Counted from the first letter of the stretch, positions 9,792 to 18,836 are shown. The stretch: 64,000 nucleotides of DNA from Desulfobacterales bacterium (GCA_963668645.2 CAXXWC010000021.1:64001-128000); one strand, 5' to 3'. Notes: generated by a model not told the origin, from the letters alone. Numbers and translations are program-made.

Positions 9792-9845
9792 AGGCAAATC
9801 ACTCTGCGTGATTGCCTCTTATCAGCGACGTACCATGTGTTTTTC

Positions 9846-10706
9846 CTACTTCCACGATGCGGCATGATCCTTCGCATATTGTTCGAATGTTGTAGCTGAT
9901 CGCCCCAGAACTGATTCAACATCGAGAGTAACAGATGCGCAGAGGCCCTCCCGCACTTTCCGATAAAAGTCTGTCCAGCGATCGATGAGATCCCTTGCGA
10001 CCCCGGCTTTGTTCAAAGCAGCGCAGGCAACCTCTTCGGTCAGTGGTACATAATTAATCATCTTATTTGCTGCATGAGACAATATACCAACGACTTCGTA
10101 GTGGTCTAAAGCTTCTCCGCCGGTTAGCGTATAGGCCTTGCCAGTGTGGCTTGGCTCGGTCAATGCGGCTAAACCAACTGCTGCGATATCCCGTATGTCA
10201 ATGAATGAAAGCTTCGCATCAGAAGCAGGAAGATGTAATCCCCCGGTGGCGCTAATGTCTGCCAGCATCGGCCCGGAATTAAAATTCTGCATAAACCAAT
10301 TCGGTCGCAAGTGTACGTAAGGTATCCCTGACGCCTCGACGTACTTCTCTAATATTCGCAATGTAAAAGAATCGTCTTGTTCAACCCCCATAGCAGTGAG
10401 GTTCACGATCAATCGCACGCCTTCTTTTTTCGCCAAATCGATAAATGGCATCGCTACTTTGTCCGCATGGTTATCGCCCGGACGAGCTATAAGAAACACT
10501 TTAGTGACACCTTTAAGTGCAGGAGCAAATGTTTCTGGCCGATCGAAATCAAATTCGACGACTTCTGCAAAACGAGGCAGTTTCTCTGAAGCTGCGGACG
10601 GACTCCGTGTCGCAGCTCGTACAATCTCCTCGTTCTCCGTTAACAGCCTTACAAGTTCCCCGCCTACCTTGCCTGTAGCGCCAGTGATAAGAATCTTTTG
10701 AGGCAT
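9846..10706 (-). CDS. NmrA-like NAD(P)H-binding SDR protein (cassette gene)
   Basis: ILITGATGKVG, LRPNWFMQN, SFIDIRDIA. Confidence 0.88.
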   Translation of the reverse strand: MPQKILITGATGKVGGELVRLLTENEEIVRAATRSPSAASEKLPRFAEVVEFDFDRPETFAPALKGVTKVFLIARPGDNHADKVAMPFIDLAKKEGVRLIVNLTAMGVEQDDSFTLRILEKYVEASGIPYVHLRPNWFMQNFNSGPMLADISATGGLHLPASDAKLSFIDIRDIAAVGLAALTEPSHTGKAYTLTGGEALDHYEVVGILSHAANKMINYVPLTEEVACAALNKAGVARDLIDRWTDFYRKVREGLCASVTLDVESVLGRSATTFEQYAKDHAASWK

Positions 10707-10735
10707 AGACTCTCCTTTGATCGTTTCTTGTTACT

Positions 10736-10809
10736 GCCTAACCGGCTCTGCGGCAGGCAAAAGTGGGGGCGAAGCCGGAGCTTTTGCCTGTCCGACAGCA
10801 GCCGATTGT
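10736..10809 (-). other. attC site (of the TIR cassette), interrupted by intron 2; completed by 12674-12678
   Basis: GCCTAAC-cggctctgcgg-caggcaaaag...cttttgcctg-tccgacagcagccg-attGT|TATGC; the L'-R' spacer is only 2 nt. Confidence 0.85.
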
Positions 10810-12673
10810 GTGCGCCCAGCATGGGCGCGTTGTAAATGGGGTGAAAGTCCCCTGTAGGAGGACCGATCATGGAAACATGAAGCAACTACCACCAGAAGCC
10901 AACTCCGGAAGGGTAACCGACCGGGGGGAGGAAGGCTATGGGAAATCGGTGGGCCGATGGACAAGAACCGCATAGTAAGGCCGACGCGATACGGCGAGCT
11001 GGCACAACACAGCGAAGCCGCCCGGTCCAGTCGCGGAGGTAAATGCGGCGGTCGTGCCGAGAAGCAACGCGCTCTTACCTGGGGAGACCCTACCGGGGCA
11101 GCCGGGCAGGGAGTCAGCAGAGGCCATAGTACCGGGCAGCGAGCCGGGGGCTGAAAGAGGCCCGTATAAACGAAGATACCGGAAGACTCGATGTCGGGAA
11201 GGGCCGAACCGAACGGGAACGATCCGACCGCGTGGCGGACATCGCAGCCACTGACGCCGGCAGGCCAGGCCGCGGTGAGTGCCGTCGCGACGGGAAGCAT
11301 GGGAGCGTTCAGGAGCAGACCATGATGGAGCAAGTTCTGGAGTCGGAGAACCTGAAGGCGGCTTGGCGACGAGTCAAAGCCAACGCGGGGGCAGCGGGAA
11401 TGGACGGGATGAGCGTCAAAGACTTCCCGGCATTTGCCCGCGAACACTGGCCCAGGATACGCACCGCGCTCATGAAGGGGATGTACCGGCCGGCGCCCGT
11501 GCGCCGGGTGTTCATCTCCAAACCCGACGGGTCGCAACGCCCGCTGGGAGTGCCGACCGTACTGGATCGCGTGATCCAGCAGGCGCTGGCACAGGTGCTG
11601 ACGCCGCTGTTCGATGGCGGGTTCAGCAACCACAGCTATGGCTTCCGCGAAGGGCGCAACGCCCATCAGGCGGTGCGGGAAGTGGAGGCCGGCTGGCAGG
11701 AGGGACGCCGCTTTGCGGTGGACTGTGACCTGAAATCCTTCTTCGACACCGTGGCCCACGACCGGCTGATGGGGCAGTTGCGCGAGAAGGTCCGGGACCC
11801 GCTGGTTCTGGGCCTGATCCGTCGCTACCTGACCGCCGGGGTGGTCTTGCCGGAAGGCACCCGGGAGCCTACGCCTCAGGGGGTGCCGCAAGGCGGGCCG
11901 CTTTCGCCACTGCTGGCCAACATCACGCTCGACCCGCTGGACAAGGAACTCGAACGCCGAGGGCACCGGTTTGCCCGCTATGCCGACGATTTCCTGGTCA
12001 TGGTCAGGAGTCCGAAGGCGGCCGAGCGGGTGATGGCGAGTCTGATGCGGTTCGTCGAGGGACGGCTTCAGTTGGTGGTCAACCTGGCCAAGAGCAAGAC
12101 CGCACCGCTTCGGCAGTGTACCTTTCTGGGTTTCCAGATCGGCGCACGCGGTCGGGTGGTGTGGTCTGAAAAGGCCCTCGCGCGCTTCAAGCAACGGGTG
12201 CGTGAGATCACACGGCGCAACCGGGGACATCGGGTGCAGGACGTCATAGACGAGCTGCGCCTCTACGTCACCGGGTGGCTGAACTACTTTGGCATCAGCC
12301 ACACCTATAACCAGGTGGTGGCGCTGGCCGAGTGGATTCGCCGTAGAGTGCGGTTGTACTATTGGAAGCAATGGAAACGCCCCCGCACACGTCGCCGCCA
12401 CCTGCTCGCCCTGGGAATCCCCAAGGACGAGGTCCGGATGGCGACGCGCAGTCGAAAAGGGTACTGGCGGATGAGCCATAACAGCATCGTCCAACGGGCC
12501 TTGACCAACGACTGGCTCCATGCGCAAGGTGTCCCCGACATGCGCACGTCATGGATTGTTCTTCACTACGGGCCAAAAGCCCGGGTCTGATCGGAACCGC
12601 CGTATGCGGACCCGCACGTACGGTGGTGTGGCAGCCGGGGCTGACCTACTGGGTCAGTCTCCGGCGAGCCGAT
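10810..12673 (+). mobile_element. Group IIC-attC intron 2
   Basis: 5' GTGCGCCCAGCATGGGCG; domain V GAACCGCCGTATGCGGACCCGCACGTACGGTGGTGT; 3' CCGAT; inserted at TTGT|T of the attC bottom strand. Confidence 0.94.
11322..12590 (+). CDS. ltrA: Group II intron reverse transcriptase/maturase (alternative GTG start at 11232)
   Basis: GAAGMDG, RPLGVPTVLDR, GVPQGGPLSP, RYADD; RBS AGGAG before ATG 11322. Confidence 0.93.
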   Translation: MMEQVLESENLKAAWRRVKANAGAAGMDGMSVKDFPAFAREHWPRIRTALMKGMYRPAPVRRVFISKPDGSQRPLGVPTVLDRVIQQALAQVLTPLFDGGFSNHSYGFREGRNAHQAVREVEAGWQEGRRFAVDCDLKSFFDTVAHDRLMGQLREKVRDPLVLGLIRRYLTAGVVLPEGTREPTPQGVPQGGPLSPLLANITLDPLDKELERRGHRFARYADDFLVMVRSPKAAERVMASLMRFVEGRLQLVVNLAKSKTAPLRQCTFLGFQIGARGRVVWSEKALARFKQRVREITRRNRGHRVQDVIDELRLYVTGWLNYFGISHTYNQVVALAEWIRRRVRLYYWKQWKRPRTRRRHLLALGIPKDEVRMATRSRKGYWRMSHNSIVQRALTNDWLHAQGVPDMRTSWIVLHYGPKARV

Positions 12674-12689
12674 TATGCGGCGCATGATG

Positions 12690-13565
12690 TTATTGGCCAT
12701 AGTATTTAGAGCTAAAACCTACTGATATTGGAGCCCCGTCATATTGGCAGGAAACTCCGACTTTTAGCCGTTTACGATGATCATAGTAAGTATGGAAGTA
12801 TGTTTGCTTTCGTATTAACTCAAGCTCAGAGAGCCCAATGCTCAATGCCCCAAGTATTGATTCAGAATCAAACTCTTTGGTCTGATAATGAGGCGCAGTT
12901 CTTTTTAGCTCCACGTCCACATAGTTTATAAAGTTTCCTTCTGCTTCCAGCAACATTTTGCACTCGTCATTTTCGACAACAATGTTCCCTGCATCATTGG
13001 CTTGAGCCCCAACAGCCTTTTCTGCTTTTTCTACTGACATACCCATGTATTGAAATGGACGATAAAACGGTGCACTCATAAGCGGAAGGTTATACGAAAT
13101 GGCCTTGTCAACTGCCGTGCTCAAATTATTAGGGCAAGACTCATCACTCATTGCGTTCTTATTGAATACAACTCCTATGGAATTCGTGAGGACCTTGAAA
13201 GACTCTAGGTATTTGCCTTCATCTGTAAAATCGCCGTAGAACTTCCCTACAAGGAAGCCTGGAGGTTCACATTCTTTAAGCATGATAGGCAGAACTTTGA
13301 TGGGCTTTCCGTTGATCTGGTAATTCATGGCGACATCAAGCTCATTAAGAACCCAAGGAGCATTGATAGAATTTGGAGACAGTATTACGGCAAAGTATTC
13401 AACGTTATCTATCCCGTCTCTAATTTTCTGGATTAAAGAGTTTCCAATTTTCATTTCAGCTTCATCTATCCAGCATTTGACGTTGTGGCCTTCCAAATCC
13501 CTCGCCAATTTCCTTACAAAAGGTTTATCGGCGTGATTATGACTCAAGAAAACACTGGTAATCAT
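12690..13565 (-). CDS. TIR-domain protein with an unrecognised C-terminal domain (cassette gene)
   Basis: VFLSHNHADKPFVRKLARDL, CWIDEAEMKIG, ILSPNSINAPWVLNEL; start moved to ATG 13565 because the upstream ORF extension is attC sequence. Confidence 0.88.
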   Translation of the reverse strand: MITSVFLSHNHADKPFVRKLARDLEGHNVKCWIDEAEMKIGNSLIQKIRDGIDNVEYFAVILSPNSINAPWVLNELDVAMNYQINGKPIKVLPIMLKECEPPGFLVGKFYGDFTDEGKYLESFKVLTNSIGVVFNKNAMSDESCPNNLSTAVDKAISYNLPLMSAPFYRPFQYMGMSVEKAEKAVGAQANDAGNIVVENDECKMLLEAEGNFINYVDVELKRTAPHYQTKEFDSESILGALSIGLSELELIRKQTYFHTYYDHRKRLKVGVSCQYDGAPISVGFSSKYYGQ

Positions 13566-13592
13566 TGAAGCTCTACTCCCTCTTGTCTTTTC

Positions 13593-13722
13593 GCATAACG
13601 GGGAGCTGAGGGGCCAGGCTTTTAAACCCAAAAACTCCCGATAAAAAGATAAATTTTCCTGAACCAGGGACTCCAGAAAGGCCGCGTAGTAAGCCTGGTC
13701 CCTCTCCAGCGTTTTGTTGTGC
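13593..13722 (-). other. attC site (of the amidase cassette), 130 bp
   Basis: + strand GCATAAC-gggga-gctgagggg-ccaggctt...aagcctgg-t-ccctctccagc-gtttt-GTTGTGC. Confidence 0.85.
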
Positions 13723-13808
13723 AATATTTTCCTGTTTCAATCATGAATCCTGACCCATCAGCGGGCACACCAATATATTTTGGTGGGTTTAACCTTGCTA
13801 TGCATTGT

Positions 13809-15218
13809 CTAAACTTCACTTAGTATTGACCACGGTTTAGCTTCTTCCAACTCCAATGCAAGTTCTATCAACCGCTTCTCCTGTCCATAGGGGGCAGCAA
13901 ATTGTATTCCTACCGGCAAACCATTTTTGCACTGTCCAAGAGGAAGAGAAATGGCCGGTGCCCCGGCTAAATTATGATATGCTGTAAAAGGAATGAATTG
14001 TTTAAGTCTTTCAAAAGCAATATCAAAATCTATTTCTGTATCCAAATACCCCAGTTTGGGAGCAGAACCAGATGCGGTTAAAGAAAGAAGAATGTCGTAC
14101 TCATCAAACAGCGTCTCATACTGATGGGCAAATTTACGCAGGCGGCGTATAACAAAAGGGGTTTTTAATATATTTTTTCGGAAATAACGGTTCAAGCCAA
14201 GTGTAAATTTTTCAAGCTTGTTTTTGTCAATTGTACTTCCGACAATTTTTTCTCCAAAATGATAAAAAGAAAATGCCAATGCAGCCCAATATACGAAAAA
14301 ATCATTCATCACTTGCGGATGAAACGGAAACGGAATCTCTTCAACCCTATGACCAAGCGCCTCACAAATCCTTCCTGTTTCAATAACCTGATTAATACAG
14401 TCTGAATTTTTATAAGAATAACCAGAGGGGTTGCCTATTAGTCCTATACGAAACCGTTGTTTTCCCGGATGAGAGATTAAACCTATTCTCGGCAGTTTGG
14501 GGTTAAGAAAATATTCTTCGGCAGCGGCATAAAATCCAGCAGTGTCACGAACAGTCCGACTTAAAATACCATGACAGACAATGTTTATCGGCATTTTGTC
14601 TGCTCCATCCCTGTTCGGCAGCCTACCCAAAGAAGGTTTGAGTCCTACTAACCCGCAACATGCGGCCGGGATACGCAGCGAACCGCCTCCATCATTTCCA
14701 TGAGCTATGGGGACGACCCCGGCAGCTACAAGCGCGGCAGAACCTCCGGAGGATCCTCCTACTGAATATCCAAGATTACATGGATTACATGTAGGCCCGT
14801 TGGCAAGCGGTTCCGTTGTCCCTGTCAACCCTAATTCCGGAAGGGTACTCTTCCCAAGGCATACAAAGCCCATCGCACTGTATTGTTGAACAAAACGGCT
14901 TGATTTATTTGCGGGCCTACTGGAAATGGCACGAGAGCCGAAAAGAGTAGGGATACCCTCGACATCATCAGTATCTTTGACAAATGAGGGGACACCTCTA
15001 AATGGGCCATCTTTTAATTTATCAACCTGATCGAGTGCTTGAGCAAAAGTTTCTGTAGCTACTGCATTAATAATCGGATTTACTTTTTGGGCTCGTGCAA
15101 TTGCGGCTTCAACAGCTTCAACGGGTTTTATTTCTCCAATCGAAATCAATTTCGCTAATTCGACACCATCCATTGTTCCCAATATGTCATCACAGTATGC
15201 GCTTGCTATTTGTCTCAT
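13809..15218 (-). CDS. Amidase signature family protein (first cassette)
   Basis: GVPSFVKD, GGSSGGSAA, GNDGGGSLRIPAACCGLVGLKPS; AT-rich. Confidence 0.92.
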   Translation of the reverse strand: MRQIASAYCDDILGTMDGVELAKLISIGEIKPVEAVEAAIARAQKVNPIINAVATETFAQALDQVDKLKDGPFRGVPSFVKDTDDVEGIPTLFGSRAISSRPANKSSRFVQQYSAMGFVCLGKSTLPELGLTGTTEPLANGPTCNPCNLGYSVGGSSGGSAALVAAGVVPIAHGNDGGGSLRIPAACCGLVGLKPSLGRLPNRDGADKMPINIVCHGILSRTVRDTAGFYAAAEEYFLNPKLPRIGLISHPGKQRFRIGLIGNPSGYSYKNSDCINQVIETGRICEALGHRVEEIPFPFHPQVMNDFFVYWAALAFSFYHFGEKIVGSTIDKNKLEKFTLGLNRYFRKNILKTPFVIRRLRKFAHQYETLFDEYDILLSLTASGSAPKLGYLDTEIDFDIAFERLKQFIPFTAYHNLAGAPAISLPLGQCKNGLPVGIQFAAPYGQEKRLIELALELEEAKPWSILSEV

Positions 15219-15413
15219 AATTTTCCTATGTGAATCGGCCGTAAAATAAAAAATAACAACACTAATCGTAAATATTCGGGGTAGTGATTTTTGTTAATCC
15301 TCAAAAATCACAACTGAAATCATTAACATCATTTGGGAAGAGCTTACAATTTCTTTTTCTCAATTTACCACATAGTTGACCAACCACTTATGATTAAATA
15401 TTATTTTTTGAAG

Positions 15414-15777
15414 GTCATAGCACCTCCGGCAAAGCCGGAGGCTTGAATTTGTGAACCGCTCAAAGCGGTTGGTTCATGGGCCACCTCAAAGGTGGCAGGC
15501 TCTTTACTTGAAAATCGCCAATTGCTCGAACCAGCGGTCTTCCACCTCTTGGGGTCAGGACATATTCTTGGATCGCCTGCTCACCTCGGCCCACATTCGA
15601 GACATGATACCCACGAGCCCAGAAATTCAGACCGGTGGAGTACCTGACGCTTTTCCATGAAAGCCTCTCCTTTATAAAATTGAGCGGTTTATATCTGAAG
15701 GGCTTTCATCTGTTCCCGTAAATGTCAAACACTGCTGAGTCCCCCGGCAGAGCCGGGGGTTTACCTAAGGGCAATTA
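15414..15777 (-). mobile_element. Internally deleted IS200/IS605-family (Y1 tnpA) element
   Basis: Terminal hairpins CCTCCGGC-aaa-GCCGGAGG and CCCCCGGC-aga-GCCGGGGG; remnant ORF 15658-15504 joins MEKRQVL to TGLNFWARGYHVSNVG...EYV and QEVEDR..EQLAIFK with frameshifts. Confidence 0.85.
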
Positions 15778-15851
15778 TCCAGCCCCATATATTTTGTCTG
15801 TCTTGAAAAGCCAAAGTCTATTTCATTAGAGATTATCCGTCCCGTTTCAAA

Positions 15852-15871
15852 GCACAACAGTTGTGTTAGAT
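15852..15871 (-). other. attI-like recombination site
   Basis: Minus strand ATCTAAC-6nt-G|TTGTGC; TTGTGC complements the R'' (GCACAAC) of the amidase attC; no long attC hairpin; lies next to the intI remnant. Confidence 0.75.
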
Positions 15872-16010
15872 GGAAAAATTTCCTGATATTACCCCTATAG
15901 GATGCCAATTCTTCCACCTAACAATACGAATAACATAACAAATATGGAAAAATGGTTCGAAAATTTTCCATGTGTTGATTTTTCATAACATCTAATATTA
16001 GGAGGTAAAC

Positions 16011-16230
16011 ATGGAAAACGGAGACACCTCTGCCCCTGACCAGATCCCCAAACTCATTGACTGAATTCGTTAGGCCCCGTCCTAAACCCATTACGCGTGC
16101 AGTACCGGTTCCTGCTGGACCTTTACAACGTATTAAAAAGGCGCAGCAGAAGCTGATTGCTTGTTTTTGAAGCTGCTATAAATACCGACCTTCGAGCGGG
16201 GCCGTAATTCCCCTGGATAGACTAACTTAG
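16011..16230 (+). pseudogene. intI: Integron integrase remnant (N- and C-terminal scraps)
   Basis: RBS AGGAGG, then M...PKLID*IR*APS*THYACST in the same register as the IntI N-terminal consensus LLDQVR......HYS.RTE; AVIPLDRLT* at 16201-16230 resembles the IntI C-terminal SPLD.L; divergent from the array. Confidence 0.7.
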
Positions 16231-16319
16231 CAAATTCCGCTGGTATATCTGTCATAGACACATAAGCAAAAAGATCAATCCGATTCAAGTGAAAATTTAA
16301 TCAAAGAACTTACCACCTA

Positions 16320-17447
16320 TTACTCATCACCAAAAGTAATGCCCATATCACGGGCGGCGCGGATGACGTCGCTGGTCAGGGGCACGCGCTTCATCTGGCT
16401 GATGGCATCCTCTATGGGCACACTCTTGATGTGCGGTGGATCGAGGGCCACCATCTGGCCGAAGAAACCTTCGTTGGCCAGACGCACCGCTGCCGAGCCA
16501 AAACGCGTGGCCAGCAACCGGTCGAATGTGGTGGGGTGGCCGCCGCGCTGCAAGTGACCCAGCACCAGGCTGCGGGATTCGTGGCCGGTAAGCCGCTCGA
16601 TCTCTTTTGACACGTACTCGCCGATGCCGCCCAGCTTCACCTCCTGACCCACCTTCTTGCCCTTGGTACGCAGCTCTTCGCCGGGCGGCGTGGCCCCCTC
16701 GGCGACCACGATGATGGCGAACTCGCGTCCCGACCGATAGCGCGCCTGGATATGTTTGGCCACGGTCTTGAGGCTAAAGGGGATCTCGGGGATCAGGATG
16801 GCGTCGGCCCCGCCGGCCACACCGCTGTTCAGTGCGATCCAGCCGGCATAGCGGCCCATGACCTCCACCACCATCACCCGCTGGTGGCTTTCGGCGGTGG
16901 AATGCAGCTTGTCGATGGCATCGGTGGCGGTGGAAACGGCCGTGTCGAAACCGAATGTGGTTACCGTACCCGAGATGTCGTTGTCGATGGTCTTGGGCAC
17001 GCCGATCACGGGCATCCCTTTGTCAAAAAAGCGCTTGGCGATGCGCAAGGAGCCGTCCCCGCCGATGACGATCACGGCGTCCAGGCCGAGTTTTTTCAAG
17101 TTGGCGATGGCTTCATCCGAGCGGTCGGTCTCGACCCATTTGCCATCCTTTTTCACCGGAAACGAAAACGGGTTGCCGCGATTGGTGGTGCCCAGGATGG
17201 TGCCGCCGATATTCAAGATTCCCTTGACGTCTTCCGATCCAAGGGGTCGCACGGCGTTTTTGGGGCTGAGCAATCCGGCGAATCCCTCGTAGATACCGTA
17301 GATCTCCCAGCCGGTGTTGGTCGCGGTCTTGAACGCCGCACGGATGACCGCGTTGAGTCCGGGGCAATCCCCGCCGCCGGTGAGAATACCGATGCGCTTG
17401 ATCTTCTTTTTAGGGGACGAAGTCTTTTTCGCAGTGCCGGCGCCCAT
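16320..17447 (-). CDS. pfkA: 6-phosphofructokinase
   Basis: ILTGGGDCPGLN, GGTILGT, IGGDGS, PKTIDND, EVMGR, LGHLQRGG. Confidence 0.93.
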   Translation of the reverse strand: MGAGTAKKTSSPKKKIKRIGILTGGGDCPGLNAVIRAAFKTATNTGWEIYGIYEGFAGLLSPKNAVRPLGSEDVKGILNIGGTILGTTNRGNPFSFPVKKDGKWVETDRSDEAIANLKKLGLDAVIVIGGDGSLRIAKRFFDKGMPVIGVPKTIDNDISGTVTTFGFDTAVSTATDAIDKLHSTAESHQRVMVVEVMGRYAGWIALNSGVAGGADAILIPEIPFSLKTVAKHIQARYRSGREFAIIVVAEGATPPGEELRTKGKKVGQEVKLGGIGEYVSKEIERLTGHESRSLVLGHLQRGGHPTTFDRLLATRFGSAAVRLANEGFFGQMVALDPPHIKSVPIEDAISQMKRVPLTSDVIRAARDMGITFGDE

Positions 17448-17614
17448 GGTGGTGCCTCCTGGTTGTTGAAAAACGGATTGTGCCAGAAGGCTAACAGGAA
17501 AGCCGGAACAAGACAACTCTTCCTTTTGGTACGCACATCGACAACTTTACACGGATCCTGGTATAGTGGAAGATACGTTCCAACCAAACTGGAAAAACAC
17601 ACAGGAGGATGCCG

Positions 17615-18181
17615 ATGGAAAAGATAAGAATCGACAACAACGCGTTCGTTTATCCCATGCCCATGTCCATCGTCGGTTCCATTGTGGACGACAGGGCGAA
17701 CTTCATGGCGGTGGGCTGGATTTCGAGGGTCAACTTCAAACCACCGATGATCGCCGTTGCCTTAGGGCCACATTACACCAACAAGGGCATCGATGCGCAA
17801 AAGACCTTCAGCGTCAACATCCCCGGCATGGCGCTGATCGAAAAGACCGATTACTGCGGCCTGGTTTCCGGGAAAAACACGGATAAATCGCAACTGTTCG
17901 ACGTGTTCTACGGCCAGGAAAAAGGCGCCCCCCTGATCAGGGAATGCCCTGTCTGCATGGCCTGCAAGGTTTGCCACGAAGTCCAGCTGCCGACCAACAA
18001 GGTGTATATTGGTGAGATAATAGAGGTGTTCTCAGAAGATCAATATCTTACGGACGGCAAACCGGATATCCGCAAAATCGCCCCATTCACCCTGACCATG
18101 CCGGACAATAATTACTGGCAAGTGGGCGCACAGGCCGCAAGGGCCTGGCACATCGGCAAGGACTTGAAATCCAAAAGCTGA
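17615..18181 (+). CDS. Flavin reductase-like protein (flavoredoxin family)
   Basis: YPMPMSIVG, ANFMAVGW, FSVNIP, DYCGLVSG; RBS AGGAGG. Confidence 0.85.
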   Translation: MEKIRIDNNAFVYPMPMSIVGSIVDDRANFMAVGWISRVNFKPPMIAVALGPHYTNKGIDAQKTFSVNIPGMALIEKTDYCGLVSGKNTDKSQLFDVFYGQEKGAPLIRECPVCMACKVCHEVQLPTNKVYIGEIIEVFSEDQYLTDGKPDIRKIAPFTLTMPDNNYWQVGAQAARAWHIGKDLKSKS

Positions 18182-18233
18182 AATTCGACTTTCAACCCCA
18201 ACATCATACGAGATCCCTTTGAATCGAGGATTG

Positions 18234-18836
18234 ATGAAAGCCGCCTTTGTCGTCTTTGACCGCATGACCTCTTTGGATTTCATCGGATTCTACGATCCGG
18301 TCACACGCCTCAAGTCCATGCATATCATGGAGGATTTCGAGTGGCGGATCTGTGCGAGGGCCCAAAGCGTGGTGGACGACCGCGGCCTTCGTCTCATCGC
18401 CGACACGGTGTCGCAACCCCTCGATGGCTTTGATCTGCTGTTCGTGCCGGGCGGGTTGGGAACCCGTTCGCTTCAAAACGAGCCGGGATTTGTCGAGTGG
18501 CTTAAAACCGGAGCCCCGGTGCAGCTGAAAGTGTCGGTATGCACCGGGGCGCTTCTCCTGGGCGCGGCGGGTTTTCTCCAGGGCCGCCGCGCCACCACGC
18601 ATCCGAGCGCCACGGCCGAGCTGGCTGCCTACTGCGCGGCGGTGGCTTGCCAGAGGGTGGTGGATGACGGCGATGTTGTCACCGCCGGAGGTGTCTCCTC
18701 CGCCATTGACGCGGGGCTGCACATCGTCGAGAGATTCGCGGGTCCGGCGGCCCGTTCACGGATCGCCGCTCAAATGGACTATCCGTACCGCTGGGATGAA
18801 TCCCGCCAAGAAAGACCTCCATCAAGCGATGCTTGA
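18234..18836 (+). CDS. DJ-1/PfpI family protein
   Basis: LFVPGG, SVCTGALLL, ATTH, VTAGGVSSAID. Confidence 0.88.
   Translation: MKAAFVVFDRMTSLDFIGFYDPVTRLKSMHIMEDFEWRICARAQSVVDDRGLRLIADTVSQPLDGFDLLFVPGGLGTRSLQNEPGFVEWLKTGAPVQLKVSVCTGALLLGAAGFLQGRRATTHPSATAELAAYCAAVACQRVVDDGDVVTAGGVSSAIDAGLHIVERFAGPAARSRIAAQMDYPYRWDESRQERPPSSDA

Noticed and set aside
10731..12527. 598-aa minus-strand ORF
   Set aside because: Antisense shadow of the intron 2 RT and RNA domains, running into attC; no family motifs
8391..12590. RTs as retron, DGR, CRISPR-associated or Abi-type enzymes
   Set aside because: Both have group II intron 5' ends, domains V/VI and maturase domains; no template/variable repeat pair, msr-msd or cas genes seen
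13566..13724. 53-aa N-terminal extension of the TIR ORF
   Set aside because: It is a translation of the attC hairpin and leader; an RBS-like GGGAG precedes ATG 13565
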